A program made the position numbers and the translations under genes. A stretch of 36,763 bases of DNA from a virus. Taxonomy: Duplodnaviria > Caudoviricetes. Location of the stretch: the IMG/VR virus record IMGVR_UViG_3300027734_000164, positions 1 to 36,763 of that record, one strand, 5' to 3'. Positions 17,223-25,916 of the stretch are shown one piece after another. The first letter of the stretch is position 1, and every line of letters begins with the position of its first letter. The notes beneath the pieces are model-generated. The model worked only from the letters and a program-made list of their open reading frames with translations, had not been told where the DNA came from and did not search any database.

Positions 17223-17590
17223 TGGGTTGTTGCCCCTGGTGCAGGGATTGGCTCAACCTGTCCCTTGTTTGCCTCATCAAGAATAGATGCAACAAGACTG
17301 CTTGCATTTTCCCTATCTGTCTCAGTTTTGTCTGAAATCCAATCAAGAATAGTTTCTCTAAATAATTCCTTGTTCCAGCAGAGTCTGATTGCTTCTTTCC
17401 TATTCTTCTGGAGTTGAATATGCAGAAACACAAAAGACCATACAAAGAATGGGGTTGAGTCCTCATCACTCCTGGCTTGTATCATTAGAAGCCTGGAGCC
17501 CTCTGTATATGGTGCAAGAGATTCTCCCTTGAACTGCCTTTGTGGAGCCACAAAAGCCGATTCTAATGCTTCTTCTAGGATGTCGTTCAT
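17213..17590 (-). CDS. Tail assembly chaperone (gpG-like)
   Basis: Lies between tail tube and tape measure; ends in a slippery site. Confidence 0.8.
   Translation of the reverse strand: MNDILEEALESAFVAPQRQFKGESLAPYTEGSRLLMIQARSDEDSTPFFVWSFVFLHIQLQKNRKEAIRLCWNKELFRETILDWISDKTETDRENASSLVASILDEANKGQVEPIPAPGATTQGN
17216..17222 (-). other. -1 ribosomal frameshift heptamer G GGA AAC
   Basis: CAG GGA AAC TGA at the chaperone 3' end; X XXY YYZ pattern. Confidence 0.88.
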
Positions 17591-17964
17591 ATATGTCTTA
17601 AAAGTGCCTTCTTTCTTTCTGGGCTGGCATTCTCTGGCACCATGAGGGTTTGCCCACCCATTTGAATAACTCTAATTGGCTCTGCACGCTTCACAAGACC
17701 AAGCCAGGTCTCTCGATTCTCAAGAGCCGCCCTAACATATCTAATTGGAGATTCTTGATCAGACTGCATATCTGCCCATGTTCTCTCCATTTCTTTCCTT
17801 GCAATGTCTCCATTGCCATCAGAAATAAACCAGAATGTTACTTGTTGCTGTCCATCTTTAATCACCCTTGTAACAGGATCGACGGGTCTTGGCTTTGCAC
17901 CAAAAGCCGCAACAGCAGAAGCAACCTTGAGATTTGTGGTTCCCCAGTAAGTATGGCCTTCCAT
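17587..17964 (-). CDS. Hypothetical protein in the tail module
   Basis: 125-aa ORF preceded by GAAATCCT. Confidence 0.7.
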   Translation of the reverse strand: MEGHTYWGTTNLKVASAVAAFGAKPRPVDPVTRVIKDGQQQVTFWFISDGNGDIARKEMERTWADMQSDQESPIRYVRAALENRETWLGLVKRAEPIRVIQMGGQTLMVPENASPERKKALLRHI

Positions 17965-18007
17965 TTTAGGATTTCATTTTCTGGGGATTGAACCCAGTAT
18001 TCTTTAA

Positions 18008-18355
18008 TTAACTTACGTTAGGGTATCCAGTGGCACTGATGTCCAGGGTAACAAAGGCATCATTGCTCTTGTTAATTGTGATGGAGTCAATGCGGAGGGT
18101 TCCACTGCTTGTAGTGGCATTGGCCAGGGCGGCCAGAGCGGCACCAGCAGTTACAGCATAGGAACCAGTCACTGCAACAGAGAGGCTATATCCAGTGGTT
18201 GCATTATAGAATGCGATACCAACGATGTCGCCAGCTTGGTTCCGAATTTCATTCTTCTCAATGTTGCGTGTTTCACTGAAGCTTTGAATCAATCCAATAC
18301 CTTCAGTGGTTGCCCCGAAAACCAATCCGGGTTGTCCAATTGTCGTTGCGGGCAT
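18008..18355 (-). CDS. Major tail (tube) protein, minimal size
   Basis: Strong AAGGAG; beta-rich; RIDSITINKSNDAFVTLDISATGY C-terminus. Confidence 0.65.
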   Translation of the reverse strand: MPATTIGQPGLVFGATTEGIGLIQSFSETRNIEKNEIRNQAGDIVGIAFYNATTGYSLSVAVTGSYAVTAGAALAALANATTSSGTLRIDSITINKSNDAFVTLDISATGYPNVS

Positions 18356-18378
18356 AGTAATGTCTCCTTTATGTCAAG

Positions 18379-18612
18379 TTAGGGTTTAGTTAGAAATTTG
18401 CTCTTAATTATTTCCCATCCAATAGTGAAAAGAAATCCACATACAGCAACCATTCCAAGCATCCTGTGCTTCAATATCTCTAATACACTCACTCTGTTTA
18501 CAAGGTCTGCATATCTAGAAAGGCTCATTTCCAGCATTGATGAGATATTCTTTTGGCGTTCCTCCATCCTGGCAAGGCGCTCCTTGATCTCGCTAGAGTC
18601 ATTCTCACTCAT
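18379..18612 (-). CDS. Coiled-coil plus C-terminal TM protein (XhlA/holin-like)
   Basis: ERLARMEERQ heptads then one TM; start MSENDS with ATGA overlap. Confidence 0.65.
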   Translation of the reverse strand: MSENDSSEIKERLARMEERQKNISSMLEMSLSRYADLVNRVSVLEILKHRMLGMVAVCGFLFTIGWEIIKSKFLTKP

Positions 18613-18758
18613 AGCCTTGAACCTGGCTCTGTAACCTTGATGAACCATTCCCCACTTTCATCCTGGTAAGCCTCAATGAATCCTTCATCAAAAAGATAAG
18701 ATAACGCACCAATTTTCTCTTCATCAGAGATTTTAGACCAATCAACATCACTGCTCAT
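18609..18758 (-). CDS. Hypothetical acidic protein (49 aa, not in ORF track)
   Basis: MSSDVDWSKISDEEKIGALSYLFDEGFIEAYQDESGEWFIKVTEPGSRL; ATGA overlaps at both ends. Confidence 0.65.
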   Translation of the reverse strand: MSSDVDWSKISDEEKIGALSYLFDEGFIEAYQDESGEWFIKVTEPGSRL

Positions 18759-18895
18759 AGGGTTCCAGCAGAAGCTCTCTCAACATCTCCCATGGTTGGG
18801 GTATTGGGGTATTTGGTTGATTGGGTATCTGTCACTTGAATTGGACTGCAGGAACATATAATTCCAGAAATAAATATGAATATCAAAGCCATCAT
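18755..18895 (-). CDS. Small lipoprotein (46 aa)
   Basis: MMALIFIFISGIICS-C lipobox-like; ATGA overlaps. Confidence 0.55.
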   Translation of the reverse strand: MMALIFIFISGIICSCSPIQVTDTQSTKYPNTPTMGDVERASAGTL

Positions 18896-19314
18896 TGTGG
18901 TGTTGCATAGATATTCAGTGTTAAGCCTCTTTGCCATGCATCCTTATCTGTTCTTATAGATGGTGTCTGGCTAACAATCCTGGCCATGAATACTTTTGTG
19001 TTGGCTATTAAATTCTGAATCTTGACCACCAAGGTTGGGGTTTGCTCATAGAATGCATTAAAAACATCGCAATACTTTGAATCAAAATCCTCTTGGCTGA
19101 TTTTATCAGCAGTGTCTGAGTAGTTCACCATGACATTCAAATCATAAACACCAGTATAGTTCCCAAGAAGCTGAGAGTTAATGGATGCTTGGATGGTAAC
19201 AAATGGGTAAAGCCTAGCCCCAACACGATTAGCAGTATAAACATTAACATTGGACACACTAGACAGAATGCTTGCAACGGCATTCTCAAGGTTAAGCTGG
19301 ATTGATTGGCTCAT
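18892..19314 (-). CDS. Tail terminator-like protein, paralog B
   Basis: Size and position; alignable by eye with 19311..19727. Confidence 0.65.
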   Translation of the reverse strand: MSQSIQLNLENAVASILSSVSNVNVYTANRVGARLYPFVTIQASINSQLLGNYTGVYDLNVMVNYSDTADKISQEDFDSKYCDVFNAFYEQTPTLVVKIQNLIANTKVFMARIVSQTPSIRTDKDAWQRGLTLNIYATPQ

Positions 19315-19727
19315 TTTTTAGCTGTAGCACTGATGTCCAGTGTGATTGTTTTTGACCAGGTTCTATTCTGAGCAATGATCTGTGGGCTTTCACTTGTTAC
19401 TTTAGCAACATAGACAGAGATGCTTGAAACATTTGTCATGTAAGTTGGCAGGTCTGGAGCTCTGTAAAGCTGGTTCATGATGTCTTGGAACTTTGCATCG
19501 AATGCCACCCTGGTTATTGAGTCTGCCCTGGCTGTATAGGTAATGGTTGCTGGCACGCTAAAAACACCTGTGAACGGGCCGAGAACCTCAGAGCCAATCT
19601 GTGCTTGAGCCACCATATTAGGCAGAAGTCTTGCATCCCCTCTTTCACTTGTGTAGGCATTCAATCCAGTTACAGCAGAGACAGCATTGAGAAGCCCATT
19701 CTCAACCTCTCTTTCAATGGATGCCAT
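19311..19727 (-). CDS. Tail terminator-like protein, paralog A
   Basis: Size and position; alignable by eye with 18892..19314. Confidence 0.65.
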   Translation of the reverse strand: MASIEREVENGLLNAVSAVTGLNAYTSERGDARLLPNMVAQAQIGSEVLGPFTGVFSVPATITYTARADSITRVAFDAKFQDIMNQLYRAPDLPTYMTNVSSISVYVAKVTSESPQIIAQNRTWSKTITLDISATAKK

Positions 19728-19731
19728 GGCT

Positions 19732-20049
19732 TTAGGTTGTAATCTCTGCCATGTCTATTGTATAAGAAAGGCCATCTGTGGATTGTGAGAATCCAGCAAT
19801 CATCCTTTCAATACCAGACACCGTGCAAAGGTTTCCAATTACAGGGGCAGAAATCATGGATGCACACACAACAACACTTTGTGTGATTCTAAAAACATCT
19901 CCACCCACATCTAATTCAGATGACACTGCCAAGTCAGTGACGCTGGCAGAAACAGCACTTGAGCCAAGACCAGTGACAGATTGCCACATATCTATGATCA
20001 TGTAGTTCAAATCTGTGCTGAAATAGGAAGTTTGAATTGAGCCACCCAC
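19732..20049 (-). CDS. Head-tail joining protein (gpFII-like)
   Basis: 105 aa beta-rich, PVIGNLCTVSG; first gene of the neck/tail module. Confidence 0.6.
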   Translation of the reverse strand: MGGSIQTSYFSTDLNYMIIDMWQSVTGLGSSAVSASVTDLAVSSELDVGGDVFRITQSVVVCASMISAPVIGNLCTVSGIERMIAGFSQSTDGLSYTIDMAEITT

Positions 20050-20068
20050 AGACCTAAACTTATGTCAA

Positions 20069-20746
20069 TTATACAATAACAAGGCCATCAAAGTGATGAA
20101 TGTTATCTTGAACAAACTCATTTCTTTGACCATATAGCCTAGTTTCCTTTCCAAGCCTAACTGCCGAAGCAACTACTGCTGGGCTTGAGTTGATGCAAAT
20201 AAATTCCTTGGCATCCCTTATGGCTTTTGCCATGTCTGCAATGGTTGGTGCCGTATAGGTTCTGATGCCATGGATTTGATGGGAGCCTGGTGGGCATAAA
20301 ATTATTGTATTATCTGTGCCTAATTCACTTACTACATCTTGAATAATCTCAATGGGATTCCTTCTATCTCCCTGGCTTACACCAAAAGGTGCAATAAGAT
20401 TAAACTCTTCTGGAAGCCCTTCTGCTGGTGATTTGTCCAAATTATCTAAAATAATGCTTGTTCTGTCTGCATCCTTAATGGAATGATGAGAATACACAAA
20501 GTCATGCCATGGCTTTCTTGATTTCCTGTATTCCTCATATCTTGAAGGCCAAACCTCTAGGTCAATTGTAAGTCCTTGTCTATGGCCGGCCTTCACATAA
20601 GAAACCATTTCAAAGACACCATGATATTGGGCAAAGCAATCAAAGAACACCTCGTGCCCTTGGTCTGCCAAATACTTGCAAGCTGGAAGGCATCTAAGCA
20701 CATCCCCAAGTCTCTGGCTATATTTTATAGTTCTAGGCTGTATCAT
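20069..20746 (-). CDS. GT9 (heptosyltransferase)-like GT-B glycosyltransferase
   Basis: RLGDVLRCLPA N-terminus; IAPFG; FICINSSPAVVASA. Confidence 0.75.
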   Translation of the reverse strand: MIQPRTIKYSQRLGDVLRCLPACKYLADQGHEVFFDCFAQYHGVFEMVSYVKAGHRQGLTIDLEVWPSRYEEYRKSRKPWHDFVYSHHSIKDADRTSIILDNLDKSPAEGLPEEFNLIAPFGVSQGDRRNPIEIIQDVVSELGTDNTIILCPPGSHQIHGIRTYTAPTIADMAKAIRDAKEFICINSSPAVVASAVRLGKETRLYGQRNEFVQDNIHHFDGLVIV

Positions 20747-21503
20747 CAACAACACTCCTGTCTGCTACAAATGGCATATAATCTGCAAGCCTTACCGGCC
20801 CCTTGGTTTCTTGTAGCTTTTCCCATCCTTCAACAAGCCCCTTATATCCATAGAAATCTTCCTTAAACTGCACCTGTTCCCTGGTGAAATAGGCAAAGTG
20901 GTCAAAGGTTAGCCCCCAAGCCTCAGTCATTCCCCTGGGAATCATTAGTCCATTCACATTTAGTTTGGGTGGCTCATGGCTAACAAACTCAATGCCATTT
21001 CCCCACTTCCAAGCTCTAAACCATTCATACCAGTTGGAGCCAAAACCCTCCTTGGTCACAACCTTTTTGTTCTTCCCAACATAGTAATTACAATGAAACT
21101 GCATTGCCATGCCTTCCTCACATCCCTTCAAATGCCCATAGATTGCATCAAGCTGGTCTGCCCTCCAGATTTCATCAGCATCAACTTCCATAACCACACC
21201 TTTTTCCACACCACTCAAAGCCTCTTTAATCATGGCCAGCTTTCCTGGGAATGACTTGGCTTGCCAATAAACCGAAACATTTGGTTCGTTAATGCTATTT
21301 AGATATTCGTGCGTTCCGTCCACGCTCATAAAGTTCTTGTGATATTTGTCTGGAACTTGCTTGCACCAGCGGGTGCATCCTAGGGGTTCTGAAACTCCCT
21401 CGACAATACGCCATTGCCAAGGAATCTTTAGCTTCTTGAACTCATCAAGATGCCTATTTATGTAAGGCATCCCATTGAGAACGATGGTAAAGATTGTCAG
21501 CAC
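20733..21503 (-). CDS. GT-A (GT2-like) glycosyltransferase
   Basis: IVLNGMPYI, SVDGTHEYL, EVDADEIW (DxD). Confidence 0.85.
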   Translation of the reverse strand: MLTIFTIVLNGMPYINRHLDEFKKLKIPWQWRIVEGVSEPLGCTRWCKQVPDKYHKNFMSVDGTHEYLNSINEPNVSVYWQAKSFPGKLAMIKEALSGVEKGVVMEVDADEIWRADQLDAIYGHLKGCEEGMAMQFHCNYYVGKNKKVVTKEGFGSNWYEWFRAWKWGNGIEFVSHEPPKLNVNGLMIPRGMTEAWGLTFDHFAYFTREQVQFKEDFYGYKGLVEGWEKLQETKGPVRLADYMPFVADRSVVDDTA

Positions 21504-22108
21504 AATTCAAAAATGGCGGCTCCGTTCCGCACCGACCAATCCTCCCAAAGCAATTTGGAGAATCCTTTTAGTTTATGATAGTTTGTCCAGTTCTTAATGT
21601 CGTTTGTATCGTCCAAGGCAATGATTGAATTATGTGGCAAGAATGGTCTTACACACCTAAGTTCTGCTTCACCAGAGAATGGTGAACCATCAATAAGCAC
21701 AAAGTTGAAATGAACATTGTGATCAAAGTGAATGTCCTCAATGGCATTGGTTTGATATGGTTTGGCAGTTTCCATACACTCATCATGCCATCCCAAAACC
21801 TGCTCAAGTGGGTATGCATTTAGATTAGTTTTTGTGGTTCTGTAAAATTCCTCTACATCAGCATTGTTCATCCACATATTTGAAACAACTGCTGTGCCTT
21901 GCACTGATACTCCACCCCTTGCCTCCAGGTTCATCCTGTGACGGCCAATGCGATCTGGATGGTTTTCAATAGAGAAAAGCTTTTTAGTTCTGATGCATTG
22001 GGTGGAGCCATCTCCAGTTCCACCACCAATCTCCAAGCCAACATCCAGGCCATAGCTATACCTTGCTAATGCCCTGCCAAATGAATCTTCAAAGCTTACT
22101 TCTTTCAT
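21497..22108 (-). CDS. Class I SAM-dependent methyltransferase-like protein
   Basis: LEIGGGTGDGST motif I; SIE; VLIDG; ALDD. Confidence 0.75.
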   Translation of the reverse strand: MKEVSFEDSFGRALARYSYGLDVGLEIGGGTGDGSTQCIRTKKLFSIENHPDRIGRHRMNLEARGGVSVQGTAVVSNMWMNNADVEEFYRTTKTNLNAYPLEQVLGWHDECMETAKPYQTNAIEDIHFDHNVHFNFVLIDGSPFSGEAELRCVRPFLPHNSIIALDDTNDIKNWTNYHKLKGFSKLLWEDWSVRNGAAIFELC

Positions 22109-22110
22109 AT

Positions 22111-23766
22111 TTATGCCCAGTTGCTTGCCTTCCTTCTGTCGTAGATGGCTTTACCTTTCTCATAAAATTCTGGTTTGTTGTGGTGGACAAGTTGCTGGTC
22201 TGCTTCTTTCCCAGTGTGGATTGGGTTCTCATGAACAAACTTCAAGTCCTTTGCCTCAATAACAACTTGGTCGGCATAAGCTCTTTCTGTGAACTCGTTA
22301 TCGGAATACAGCCCATCTGACTGCTGGTAGTCTGGATGGAATAGCCATCCACCCTGGGTCTCAAGCCTCTTTTTGTTTAGAATGGCCATGCAGAGTAGCT
22401 TGTCTGACCTATAGCCATCTGATACTGCCAAGACTTGATCGGTGGTTTTAGAGCCAATTAAAGAGCAAATAGAGGCATCCCAGTGTCTTGGTGGAGCCCA
22501 ATCATCGGACATCTGCACAATGATGTCTGAATTGGCCAGTTTTGCCCCCTGGTTCCAGGCATTGATAATGCCACCAGGATTGCATCTAATAGCCTGGTGT
22601 GGGGTGTAATCAATGGGGTCATCATGATCTACCATGAAAAGCCACTCAACCTCCATGGGTTTTTCAGCCGCTGAAAGCCACTGGAACCTTCTTTGCCATG
22701 CCAATTGTTGCCTTCCCCTGGTTGCATGAACAATGGTGATTCTGGGGGCTGGCTTTAGCTTTTTCATCTTGGCAACCTCATCAGCCTTCCCAACACAAGC
22801 TGAAGCAGTCTCATATAAGTCCATTGATTGCCAGCCATAGATTGCCTCAACCTGGTTCCAGTAGTGTGAGGATGGCCTGGGTAGGCTCATGGCCGCCCTG
22901 GCTGAACCCCAAGCCTTAATCCATTGCCCTCTGCCAGCATACTCCAATGCTGTCCAGTAGTGTGCCTCTCTTCTGTCTGGCTGGAGTGTAATTGCCTGTC
23001 CAAGATATTTCAGCCTGTTCTCTGGCTTTGCACATCTGCCCATATTGCAAAGAACATCGTATCTTAAAGTGTCATCAAGATCTTTGAACATTAAGGCCAT
23101 TTCACCAAACTCCAGGCACTTCTCAAAGTTCATTGAAAGAAAGTATTCTTGCTGGGTATAATAAAGAGAATTTGGGGCTGGCTCCAGGGTGTCTTTTAAG
23201 ATTGTAAGATTTCTGTCTGCTGAAGTCTTTTTGTATCCATGGGGCTTGTGAATCCTAACCACTTTATCCACCCCAAAAAGCTTATCTGGCTCATTGGCAA
23301 CTAAAGCCTCGTGAACCCTATTCTTCCACTTGCACTTGCCCTTTCTGCTGGCCATTTCCCTCAATGGTATAAGACCAGCATTTTGGACATCGTATCTGAA
23401 TGCAATTAAATCTGCCCCTCTTTTATTGGCTTCTTCAATGGCATTATCTACCAGGGCTTCTGCTCCTGGTTGCATTACATCATCAGCATCTACCCACAAA
23501 GCCCATTCATTTTTGCAAGCCTCCAGGGCTGTATTCCTGGCAGAGGCAAAGTCATCTATATGATTCCAATCAGAGTTTTTATTTTTATAATGAACAATTC
23601 TAGCACCGTGAGCCAATGCAATCTCTTCTGTTTTATCTGCCTCAAGGTTCCCTCTAGAGATGCAAACAATAAACTCTTCTGCCATGGGCTTAAATGACTC
23701 CAGGCACCTGGCAATGTAGGCTTCCTCATTTCCAGAAATTAAATAGACTGAAAGCTTGTGTTTCAT
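22111..23766 (-). CDS. GT2-TPR-GT2 double glycosyltransferase
   Basis: NEEAYIARCLES, DFASARN, WVDADD, RVHE; TPR-like helices; second GT-A domain HATRGR, QMSDD, YSDNEF. Confidence 0.9.
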   Translation of the reverse strand: MKHKLSVYLISGNEEAYIARCLESFKPMAEEFIVCISRGNLEADKTEEIALAHGARIVHYKNKNSDWNHIDDFASARNTALEACKNEWALWVDADDVMQPGAEALVDNAIEEANKRGADLIAFRYDVQNAGLIPLREMASRKGKCKWKNRVHEALVANEPDKLFGVDKVVRIHKPHGYKKTSADRNLTILKDTLEPAPNSLYYTQQEYFLSMNFEKCLEFGEMALMFKDLDDTLRYDVLCNMGRCAKPENRLKYLGQAITLQPDRREAHYWTALEYAGRGQWIKAWGSARAAMSLPRPSSHYWNQVEAIYGWQSMDLYETASACVGKADEVAKMKKLKPAPRITIVHATRGRQQLAWQRRFQWLSAAEKPMEVEWLFMVDHDDPIDYTPHQAIRCNPGGIINAWNQGAKLANSDIIVQMSDDWAPPRHWDASICSLIGSKTTDQVLAVSDGYRSDKLLCMAILNKKRLETQGGWLFHPDYQQSDGLYSDNEFTERAYADQVVIEAKDLKFVHENPIHTGKEADQQLVHHNKPEFYEKGKAIYDRRKASNWA

Positions 23767-23795
23767 TGAGGATTTCAAGAGTGGTTATTTTTAGG

Positions 23796-24599
23796 TCAAA
23801 GTAAAGCGTTTAGTGTGGTCATTAGGGTGGTTATTCGAGTATCTAAAAGTGCTAGGTTAATGTCTGTTCCTAGCGAATAAAAAGACATTCTTGCATCGGA
23901 ATACCCTGCACTAATACCAACGAATATCGTAATTAAAAAGGAAGTTGAAGCGACCGAGGCTGTTGCGTCTGTTGTATTTGTTTGTGAGCTACGAATAATT
24001 GTATTTGTCGAAGAATTTCTTGAATGCCCTTTAAATCCAAGTGTAGTCCCTTCACCCGCAATACTTATTCCAGTAGAAGACGATGTTCTATTTTTTATAT
24101 TTAATGAGGAGTCTGTGCCGCATCGTAGCCAAATTCTCCCACCAGTACCAGTTGGAGTTCCGGCAAACACTTTGGCAACCGCACCGATAGTTGGAGATTG
24201 TGTTACATAACAAGAAATATGGTCATTATCTGTTGGAATGGACGAATTATTATATTGAGTTACTAATGATTTTGTTGAGTTATCCCCAATCAATCCTGTT
24301 TTTCTATTATAATCACCGCTAACAAAATTGTTATTTGTTGGGGCAATACCTTTCAATGGAACAATAGCACCAGCAATAGTTCTTGCCCCAGCCATAATGC
24401 AAGCGTTAGTTAATGCAGACCAAGTGCCGTCAGTCTTGCATCCCTTAACAAAAGTATTGATGGCAATCTTAACAGAGTTTTCCAAGGCTTGTCCATCGGC
24501 GGCCTCTACTGCGGTGAGATAATTAAGGGCATCTGCATCGTAGGTATTGTTAACAGATAGGGAGCCAATACCACCAATTCTTGTGTTTCCAATTAACAT
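23796..24599 (-). CDS. Putative accessory virion protein
   Basis: YDADALNYLTAVEAADGQALE N-terminus, S/T-rich beta C-terminus; AT-rich. Confidence 0.6.
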   Translation of the reverse strand: MLIGNTRIGGIGSLSVNNTYDADALNYLTAVEAADGQALENSVKIAINTFVKGCKTDGTWSALTNACIMAGARTIAGAIVPLKGIAPTNNNFVSGDYNRKTGLIGDNSTKSLVTQYNNSSIPTDNDHISCYVTQSPTIGAVAKVFAGTPTGTGGRIWLRCGTDSSLNIKNRTSSSTGISIAGEGTTLGFKGHSRNSSTNTIIRSSQTNTTDATASVASTSFLITIFVGISAGYSDARMSFYSLGTDINLALLDTRITTLMTTLNALL

Positions 24600-24620
24600 A
24601 GGATTTCTAGGGAAAGAGTG

Positions 24621-25913
24621 TCAATAGATGGCGTATTTGGCGTTTAGATAGCCTTCGACTTGCTGACGCTCCGTTTTTGATAGTGCCTTATTATAAACTA
24701 AAATTTCACAGATATACCCACCATAATAAGTTCTTTGGGGTGGGTTGATCGTATAATAATCACTACCAATAAAAAAAGATGAGTTGGATGTATTTATGGA
24801 TAAATTTCCACTATTTGCTAGTGAACCATTGCTATAAAGATTTGTTGTTGTTCCATTATAATCCACCGATGCAAGTCTCCATATATTAGACTGAAAAGAC
24901 GGGCCAGTTAAATCGTAAGTATTTGAGGAAAAATAAGGATTAGAATTCAAGTCTGATCTTGCATATAGTTCAAAATTTGTTCCTTCAATAACGCCGTATT
25001 CATTTGCAATTCCACAAATCGCATTTACTGAATATATATCATTTACATAATAAACAGCAAACATTGTTCTTGGGGTGGTTCCATTGAATATATTTGCAGT
25101 TTTTAGGTATTGGTTTCCGCCAAAATAAATAGCGGGTTTCCCATTCACCACGCTAGATGCAAAAGTTGGATTTGAATTTGCAACATTTATTGACGGATTG
25201 TAAGATTCTGGTAAGGCATTTTTATTGTTGCCACTCTGATCATTCCATTGGGTTATCTGGCTTATTTCAACACTTGAAATTGTCACACTTGCAGTTGGAA
25301 TTTGTGATGGCGTGTATGCCACAGATCCAGTTATTCCACTTGGAGTCCACACTCCGTTTGTGCAAGATGCTATAACTCCTAAAGGTTCTTCTGTTGAAAG
25401 ATTATATGCATATAAATTAAAGTTTTCGATACTCCCGCTTATTGTAAAGCGATAATCTCCACTATCTCTTATAAAATCAAATTCCGATGGCTGACCCGCA
25501 TAGCCATATTGTCCATTTGCATCTTCAAGTCCACCACTAACCCCGCTTATTGTTGGTGGTGTATATTCTACCTGATCCTGATACCAAACCACTCCATCGT
25601 AGGATATAATTCTTGCCCAGATACCACCTATTGCTAGGTAAAATGCACCATTTTCAGCAATCCAATTTATCGCTCCCAAACTATAATTATTTGGTGAATT
25701 ATATTGAAAGTTCCAAGTGGGAACACTAGAGGCATTATATGTTCCGGCCCCATCTCCTCCACTCAATACAATTTTAGATATATAACTATATGTAAATTTT
25801 TCAGTTGTAACGCCAGCATCTGCCTTGAGCCAAAGACTTAATCCAGAAATGTCGCTAGGTAGGCTAGACGAAGTTCCCGAATAATGGGCATATCCATAAC
25901 CCAACTTGGGCAT
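24621..25913 (-). CDS. LamG/ConA-like lectin domain virion protein
   Basis: LSLWLKADAG, WNDQSGN, NGKPAIYF, GYICEILVYNKALS...VEGYLNAKY. Confidence 0.8.
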   Translation of the reverse strand: MPKLGYGYAHYSGTSSSLPSDISGLSLWLKADAGVTTEKFTYSYISKIVLSGGDGAGTYNASSVPTWNFQYNSPNNYSLGAINWIAENGAFYLAIGGIWARIISYDGVVWYQDQVEYTPPTISGVSGGLEDANGQYGYAGQPSEFDFIRDSGDYRFTISGSIENFNLYAYNLSTEEPLGVIASCTNGVWTPSGITGSVAYTPSQIPTASVTISSVEISQITQWNDQSGNNKNALPESYNPSINVANSNPTFASSVVNGKPAIYFGGNQYLKTANIFNGTTPRTMFAVYYVNDIYSVNAICGIANEYGVIEGTNFELYARSDLNSNPYFSSNTYDLTGPSFQSNIWRLASVDYNGTTTNLYSNGSLANSGNLSINTSNSSFFIGSDYYTINPPQRTYYGGYICEILVYNKALSKTERQQVEGYLNAKYAIY

Positions 25914-25916
25914 TGT

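Noticed and set aside
17149-17469. 106-aa minus ORF as the frameshift partner
   Set aside because: It is the +1 frame and stops early; the -1 frame fits the slippery heptamer and fills the gap exactly
17965-18007. Full tRNA gene around the T-arm-like hairpin
   Set aside because: Gap is only 43 bp; no D arm, anticodon arm or acceptor stem seen
11526-25913. Diversity-generating retroelement acting on fibre or lectin genes
   Set aside because: No reverse transcriptase and no template/variable repeat pair differing at adenines seen
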